DNA of 64,000 nucleotides from an uncultured Gammaproteobacteria bacterium. Lineage in GTDB: Bacteria; Pseudomonadota; Gammaproteobacteria; Steroidobacterales; JBCBZW01. The notes beneath the pieces are model-generated. The model worked only from the letters and a program-made list of their open reading frames with translations, made no database searches and was not told where the DNA came from. A program made the translations under genes and the position numbers. Below, piece by piece: positions 59,379 through 64,000 of this stretch. The stretch is taken from contig CBDUQI010000005.1 of the NCBI GenBank assembly GCA_965369325.1, positions 2,267-66,266 of the forward strand, read 5' to 3'. The stretch's first letter is position 1. The number at the start of each line of letters is the position of its first letter.

Positions 59379-60689
59379 CTATGACTCGCCACCGCGCTGT
59401 ATGCGCGGCACATCCCCACTGATGCCCATCGCACGCTGCGCCAAACGGCGCTTCAGCCCCGCTGTGCGACCGACCAGATGCAAGCCGGAGCGCCGCATCC
59501 ATCCAAATAACGGGTTGGTTTGGGTGAACAATCGATGAAGACCGTCCAGCAGCGTCATCATCCCCATATTCTCGCCCTTACGCCAGCGTTCATAACGTCT
59601 CAGCGGCACCTCATCGCCCAACACCGCCCTCAACGCTCGCGCCTGATCAGTGCTCGCGCCCGGGATCGCCTGGCCAGGGCCACCACCGGCTTCGCCCGCC
59701 AGGGCATCGCCCAATACCTGAGCCAGCGCGGCAGCATCCGAAAACCCAAGGTTCACGCCCTGTCCAGCCAGCGGGTGGACGGTATGCGCCGCGTCGCCGA
59801 CCAACGCCAGACGCGGCGCGGTATAGGCTAGAGCGTATTGCGCGGACAAGGGGAAACTCACGCGAGCGGACACCGGATGCAGTTGACCAAGTACGCCATC
59901 ACTGGCTGCGGTCAGCGCTTGCGCAAACGCATCCTCATCCAGCTCACACAACCGCAGCGCCTGGTCCTTCTCACACGACCACACAATCGAGCAATTACCG
60001 TCCGCCAGCGGTAACAGGGCCAGCGGCCCCTCCGGCAGAAAGCGTTGCCAGGCGGTGGCCTGATGCGCTAGCTCGCTCTGCACGTTTGCCACCACCCCTC
60101 GCTGGCCGTAGTCCCAGCGTTTGACCGCAATGCCGGCAAGCTCCCGAGTGCGAGAGCCGGCGCCGTCTGCACCGATCACCAGCCCGGCGCGCAGCGCTGC
60201 GCCATCCTTCAGATCAATGGTGACCGCATCACTCGCCCACTCGATATCCTCAATCTCCACCGGCGCAAACAGCGCAATGCGCTCATGCCGATCGGCGGCG
60301 CGAATCAGCGTATGTTGGATCAGGGCGTTCTCGAGAATATAGCCAAGCGGGTAGTGCTCCAGCTGCGAAGAATCAAAGCGAATGCCCACATCTGTGTTGG
60401 GCCCGCCGGCCATCGGCGCTGGACTCTGCGCATCCCACACCTGCATCGCCTCGTAGGGGCTGAGCCGGTGGGCGGCGATGGCGTCCCAAACGCCGGCGGC
60501 GGCCAGAATCCGCTGCGAACCACAGGAAATGGCGGACGCCCGTAATCCCGGCGCGGCCGACGGATCGAAGCCCGGCAATTCTGCCCGATCCAGCAACGCA
60601 ATCCGCACGGGCAACGCGGCCAGCAAATTCGCCAGCGCGGCGCCAACCATGCCGGCGCCTACGATGACGATATCAAAATCGTTTTGCAT
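59379..60689 (-). CDS. ubiH: UbiH/UbiF/VisC/COQ6-family FAD-dependent ubiquinone-intermediate hydroxylase
   Basis: 436 aa with DIVIVGAGMVGAALA and LVGDAAHTVHPLAGQGVNLG. Its position directly after pepP matches the ubiH position in enterobacteria and pseudomonads. Confidence 0.8.
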   Translation of the reverse strand: MQNDFDIVIVGAGMVGAALANLLAALPVRIALLDRAELPGFDPSAAPGLRASAISCGSQRILAAAGVWDAIAAHRLSPYEAMQVWDAQSPAPMAGGPNTDVGIRFDSSQLEHYPLGYILENALIQHTLIRAADRHERIALFAPVEIEDIEWASDAVTIDLKDGAALRAGLVIGADGAGSRTRELAGIAVKRWDYGQRGVVANVQSELAHQATAWQRFLPEGPLALLPLADGNCSIVWSCEKDQALRLCELDEDAFAQALTAASDGVLGQLHPVSARVSFPLSAQYALAYTAPRLALVGDAAHTVHPLAGQGVNLGFSDAAALAQVLGDALAGEAGGGPGQAIPGASTDQARALRAVLGDEVPLRRYERWRKGENMGMMTLLDGLHRLFTQTNPLFGWMRRSGLHLVGRTAGLKRRLAQRAMGISGDVPRIQRGGES

Positions 60690-60734
60690 GGCTCATCTCA
60701 GGCGTATCGCCGCGCGCGGCACCCAGGTGCCCGC

Positions 60735-62042
60735 TCAGCCGCTCGCCATCAGTGCTTCGATCTGATCCGCCTCTTTGGGCAGCGCCCGGGTTAGCACATC
60801 AGGGTCTTTACGGGTAACCAGTACGTCGTCTTCGATACGCACGCCGATGCCCCACCACTTTCGCGGTACCCCACGACTACCAGGTGCAATGTAGATACCC
60901 GGCTCCACGGTGAGCACCATGCCGGGCTCCAGTTCGCGCCAGGCACCTCCCACCTGGTAGTCCCCCACATCATGCACATCCATGCCCAGCCAGTGGCCGG
61001 TTTTGTGCATGTAGAAGCGGCGGTAGTCACCGTTGTCGATAAGCGCTTTGAGCTTACCCTTGAGCAGCCCCAGTTTGAGCAGCCCACGCGTAATCACCTT
61101 CACGGCGGCATCGTGCGGCTCATTAAAGTGCCGGCCAGCTCTGACCTGCTCGATCGCGGCCAGCTGCGCATCCAGCACAACTTGGTAGATCTGCCGCTGC
61201 TCGCTCGAGAAGCGCCCATTGACCGGGAACGTGCGGGTGATGTCGGAGGCATAATAGTGATACTCACAGCCTGCATCGATCAGCAGCAAGTCGCCATCAT
61301 TCAACACCCGATTGTTCTCGGTGTAGTGCAGGATGCACCCGTTCTCGCCCCCACCCACGATGGGCGGATAAGAAGTGCGTGCCCCGTTGCGACGAAATTC
61401 GTGCGCAAACTCCGCCTCCACCTCGTACTCCATCATGCCGGGGCGACATACCTTCATGGCCCGTTTATGGGCATCGACAGCTATCCTCGCGGCGCGGCGC
61501 ATCGCGGCCTGCTCCGTACGACTCTTATACAAACGCATGTCATGCAACAAATGCTCGAGCGACACCAGTTCGTGTGGCGCCTGCCCTGGCGCTGGCAGTT
61601 GTTTGCGCAGGCCATTCACCCACGCGATGATCTGGGTATCAAAATCCGGCCGGCGACCCATGCCGTAAAACACCCGGTCGCGCCCCTCCATCAGCCCCGG
61701 CAGTATCTCGTCGATATCGCCAATCGGGAACGCGCTGTCCGCCCCGAAGTCGCGCTCGGCGCCCTCCGGGCCGGCACGACGCCCGTCCCAGGTCTCGCGC
61801 AGGGGATCGCGATCCCGGCAAAACAATATGTACTCACCGGCCGCCCGCCCCGGCACCAGCACCGCAACCGCCTCGGGTTCCTCAAAACCGGTGAGATACT
61901 GAAAATCACTATCCTGACGGAAGATGTACTCCACGTCCCGGTTACGGGTCTTGGCGCTTGAGGCCGGCAGAATGGCAATGCAGTTCTTGCCCATCATCCG
62001 CATTAGCTGACGCCGCCGGCGCTTGAATTCTTTGTTATTCAC
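60735..62042 (-). CDS. pepP: Xaa-Pro aminopeptidase
   Basis: 435 aa with DAGCEYHYYASDITRT, HGTGHWLGMDVHD-type HKTGHWLGMDVHD, and VLTVEPGIY...IGVRIEDD. Confidence 0.92.
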   Translation of the reverse strand: MNNKEFKRRRRQLMRMMGKNCIAILPASSAKTRNRDVEYIFRQDSDFQYLTGFEEPEAVAVLVPGRAAGEYILFCRDRDPLRETWDGRRAGPEGAERDFGADSAFPIGDIDEILPGLMEGRDRVFYGMGRRPDFDTQIIAWVNGLRKQLPAPGQAPHELVSLEHLLHDMRLYKSRTEQAAMRRAARIAVDAHKRAMKVCRPGMMEYEVEAEFAHEFRRNGARTSYPPIVGGGENGCILHYTENNRVLNDGDLLLIDAGCEYHYYASDITRTFPVNGRFSSEQRQIYQVVLDAQLAAIEQVRAGRHFNEPHDAAVKVITRGLLKLGLLKGKLKALIDNGDYRRFYMHKTGHWLGMDVHDVGDYQVGGAWRELEPGMVLTVEPGIYIAPGSRGVPRKWWGIGVRIEDDVLVTRKDPDVLTRALPKEADQIEALMASG

Positions 62043-62593
62043 TACTCTTGCTCCGCGTCCTGTTCTTGCAGGCGATGGTTCACGTCCTCAAAAATCACCT
62101 GCACGCCCACGCGGATAAACTCATACAACTCCACATAGGCCTGCTCTACGGTTTCGCTGTCCTCGGTGCCGCGCGCGGCGTTGGCGATCTGCGAAAAAGC
62201 CTCCACAGCTTCGGCCGCGATATCATCCAGCAGGTCCAGGTCGGTCTGTGAAACACCCAGGCCATAGAGGAAGCCCTGACACCAGTCGCCCAAGGAGTTG
62301 GCTCGCTCGCTGAGCGGGCGGTCCTCCGGCACCAGCACGGTAAAGTGCATGTCCTGGGCATCCAGCGAGTCGCGCACGCGCACCGCCACCGAGCCCAGGT
62401 GATCGACCAGTTCCGCGTCCCCGGCAATGGCCGGATCGATCTCGCGCAGGCTCCGCGCGGCCGCGATCGCCAAGGTCGCCTCATCAAGCCCGCAGGCCAG
62501 TCCGGTCAAAATGCCATGACATTCGGTGGCATCGCAGGCAGCACGGGCGCGCTCGAGCATAATCGTCAGATCAGCATGTAGTTCATCTTGCAT
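62042..62593 (-). CDS. ygfB: UPF0149 (YgfB-like) family protein
   Basis: The ORF extends to 62872, but a YgfB-sized product (183 aa) starts at ATG 62593 (MQDELHADL...ECHGILTGLAC...WCQGFLYGLG). Its position next to pepP is conserved. Confidence 0.75.
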   Translation of the reverse strand: MQDELHADLTIMLERARAACDATECHGILTGLACGLDEATLAIAAARSLREIDPAIAGDAELVDHLGSVAVRVRDSLDAQDMHFTVLVPEDRPLSERANSLGDWCQGFLYGLGVSQTDLDLLDDIAAEAVEAFSQIANAARGTEDSETVEQAYVELYEFIRVGVQVIFEDVNHRLQEQDAEQE

Positions 62594-62691
62594 AGGCGCG
62601 CATGCTATCACCGCCGCTGCACGCACTCTATATGCCCGCGCCAGACGGCGGTGTTTGACCCCGTCTGAGGGCAGTTCTATAGTGCATCGCC

Positions 62692-62928
62692 ATGGGGGAT
62701 AAAGACGAAAGCCGCGAGACATTCCGACGCGAATTGCGCCGCCTGGAGGCACGCCTGGAGACGCTGGTGGACACCTGCGAGCAATTACGCGAAGAGAACG
62801 GCTCCTTGAAACAGCGCCAGGAGACGCTGGTGGCGGAGCGTGCTGGGCTGCTGCAAAAGAGCGAACAGGCACGCACCAGGGTCGAGGCGATGATCAGTCG
62901 ACTCAAGTCCATGGAGGGCAGCTCATGA
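62692..62928 (+). CDS. small coiled-coil protein (ZapB-like / TIGR02449-type) upstream of zapA
   Basis: 78 aa with heptad-rich sequence (LRRLEARLETLVDTCEQLREENGSLKQRQETLVAERAGLL). It overlaps the zapA start by 4 nt. Confidence 0.6.
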   Translation: MGDKDESRETFRRELRRLEARLETLVDTCEQLREENGSLKQRQETLVAERAGLLQKSEQARTRVEAMISRLKSMEGSS

Positions 62929-63242
62929 ACGAATCAGACAAGGCACGCGTAAGCGTACGGCTGTTGGAAAAGGAGTATCAAGTCGCCTGTTCGGCCGACG
63001 AGCGAGCCGATCTGCTGGCCTCCGCCGATTACCTGAACCATCAAATGCGCGAGCTGCGCGACCGCGGCAATGTCGTAGGGCTGGATCGCATTGCTGTCAT
63101 CGCGGCACTCAATATGGCAAACCAACTGCTTAAGGTCAGCCGCACAGAAGCGGAACTGATCGACGATGCCAACGACCGTCTGCGCAGCATGCGCAAGCGA
63201 CTGGAGTCGGCCATCGGAGGCGGCAGCCAACTGGAATTGTGA
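62925..63242 (+). CDS. zapA: cell division protein ZapA
   Basis: 105 aa reading VSVRLLEKEYQVACSADERADLLASADYLNHQMRELR...IAVIAALNMANQL. Confidence 0.85.
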   Translation: MNESDKARVSVRLLEKEYQVACSADERADLLASADYLNHQMRELRDRGNVVGLDRIAVIAALNMANQLLKVSRTEAELIDDANDRLRSMRKRLESAIGGGSQLEL

Positions 63243-63274
63243 GCCGCGTCTGGACACCGAACGGTCAGTGGCTC

Positions 63275-63470
63275 ACACTACGCCTGTGTTTCCTGCGGTG
63301 TTCGAGCAGAGTCTAATGTACCTCTCGGACCTAATTTTCCCAATCTTGGGGCCGGAACCTGAGGGCATCGTTGAGCAAGTCCGCACATTGCGGAAAGCCT
63401 GAGATGCCGCGGTTTGCCCCACCTATTGCTCTGGCTCGAGAGCAAAGACTCAATACGGCACAGGCGGGAA
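63275..63470 (+). ncRNA. ssrS: candidate 6S RNA (boundaries uncertain)
   Basis: It occupies the conserved zapA / 6S / 5-formyl-THF cyclo-ligase position. The 5' arm tCCTGCGGTGTTCGAG (63291-63306) resembles the E. coli 6S 5' arm and pairs, with G-U pairs and one bulge, to CCTGAGATGCCGCGG (63398-63412). An outer 8-bp helix joins CGCCTGTG (63281-88) and CACAGGCG (63459-66). Confidence 0.5.
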
Positions 63471-64000
63471 ACGCCTTAACACCTACCGCACGCCCCTCGC
63501 CGGCCGAACAGGCCGAGCGTCGGGCGTTGCGCACGCAGCTGCGCACCGCTCGACGCACCCTGGTGCACACCCCCCAAGACGCCAACCAGCGCATATGCGC
63601 GCGCCTCAAACGTACCCCGGAACTGCGTCGCGGCACCAATATTGCGGCTTACCTGAGTACCGACGGCGAGGTGAACCTGCGCGCCCTCGTGGAATGGGCC
63701 CTTGAGCGGTCTGCACATGTCTATTTGCCCATTATTCGGCCCGGCAACACGCTCCGCTTTGCCCGTTACCGCCCGAATGTTCCCCTGGAACGCAACCGAT
63801 TCGGCATCTTTGAACCCTCCATCCGCCGCGGCGCGGTGAGTATTTCGCCCCGCCGTCTGGATGTGGTGTTGATGCCACTGGTCGGGTTTGACGCCCGTGG
63901 TAACCGTCTGGGGATGGGCGGGGGTTACTACGATCGCACCTTTGCGTTCATGCATGGGCCGCAACGATGGGCACGACCGCGACTGATTGGTATCGCTTAC
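63404..64000 (+). CDS. ygfA: 5-formyltetrahydrofolate cyclo-ligase (3' end outside the window)
   Basis: Absent from the ORF track because it runs off the edge. My translation reads ...RRALRTQLRTARRTL...NIAAYLSTDGEVNL...VYLPII...LDVVLMPLVGFDARGNRLGMGGGYYDRTF. The only in-frame ATG (63404) overlaps the putative 6S RNA. A TTG at 63527 would give a more typical length. Confidence 0.8.
   Translation, partial: MPRFAPPIALAREQRLNTAQAGNALTPTARPSPAEQAERRALRTQLRTARRTLVHTPQDANQRICARLKRTPELRRGTNIAAYLSTDGEVNLRALVEWALERSAHVYLPIIRPGNTLRFARYRPNVPLERNRFGIFEPSIRRGAVSISPRRLDVVLMPLVGFDARGNRLGMGGGYYDRTFAFMHGPQRWARPRLIGIAY

Noticed and set aside
62594-62872. N-terminal extension of the ygfB-like ORF (276 aa as listed). 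Similar 5' extensions occur for lgt (to 27660), the sulfotransferase (to 33205), glpD (to 58611), proC (to 59369), tetR (from 21903) and the SDR (from 7553).
   Set aside because: The extensions are Arg/Pro-rich. They overlap neighbouring genes or a terminator hairpin, and they precede internal starts that reproduce the conserved family N-termini, some with clear Shine-Dalgarno sequences.
1-64000. A look for CRISPR repeats, tRNA/rRNA genes, IS elements, integrases, toxin-antitoxin pairs and known defence-system genes.
   Set aside because: I found no regularly spaced direct repeats, no transposase or recombinase motifs, and no nuclease/helicase/ATPase combinations typical of defence islands. 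The only decay signature is the CorA-like remnant.

Overview
This is a 64-kb, high-GC chromosomal segment from a Gram-negative bacterium. Conserved neighbourhoods (lgt-thyA; pepP-ubiH; ygfB / zapB-like / zapA / 6S RNA / 5-formyl-THF cyclo-ligase) and a TonB-dependent receptor suggest a gammaproteobacterium, possibly marine; that is an inference. I found no rRNA, tRNA, CRISPR array, transposase, integrase or phage genes.

Layout:
- (i) 1-18.8 kb: an accessory-looking catabolic island. It holds an SCP-x-type thiolase, an HMG-CoA-synthase-like/DUF35 fusion, two Rieske oxygenase alpha subunits plus a Rieske ferredoxin, two ABM monooxygenases, an acyl-CoA ligase, a family III CoA-transferase, four SDRs, a GST-like protein, a TonB-dependent receptor, a cytochrome-c/PQQ lipoprotein dehydrogenase and a TetR regulator. 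AT-rich promoter islands carry a related palindrome.
- (ii) 19-19.4 kb: a decayed CorA/ZntB-type gene remnant, followed by a large MscS-family channel.
- (iii) 22-29 kb: a tetR-icmF operon with a near-consensus promoter and embedded operator, then thyA, lgt and rlmI.
- (iv) 29-39.8 kb: TPR/TonB-C pair, aminotransferase, sulfotransferase, a secreted S8 protease, a 953-aa Nma111-like double-protease/PDZ protein and a PfkB kinase.
- (v) 40-45.3 kb: a glycine-riboswitch-led gcvT-gcvH-gcvPA-tpx-gcvPB operon, with tpx wedged between the two P-protein subunit genes.
- (vi) 45.5-54 kb: DUF885, pterin carbinolamine dehydratase, a shikimate-kinase-like P-loop protein translationally coupled to a long MetA-family acyltransferase, DUF3604, a PPIase-like protein, an ICMT-like methyltransferase and a small kinase-fold protein.
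- (vii) 54-62.6 kb: one minus-strand run, pepP-ubiH-proC-glpD-(DAG-kinase-like)-(AGPS-like FAD oxidase).

The most interesting candidates for unexplored biology are the glpD / lipid-kinase / AGPS-like module (possible ether-lipid pathway), the apparently catalytically dead HMGCS-like/DUF35 fusion coupled to a thiolase, and the kinase-fold/MetA-like pair. All functional calls rest on by-eye motif recognition. No database search was run.
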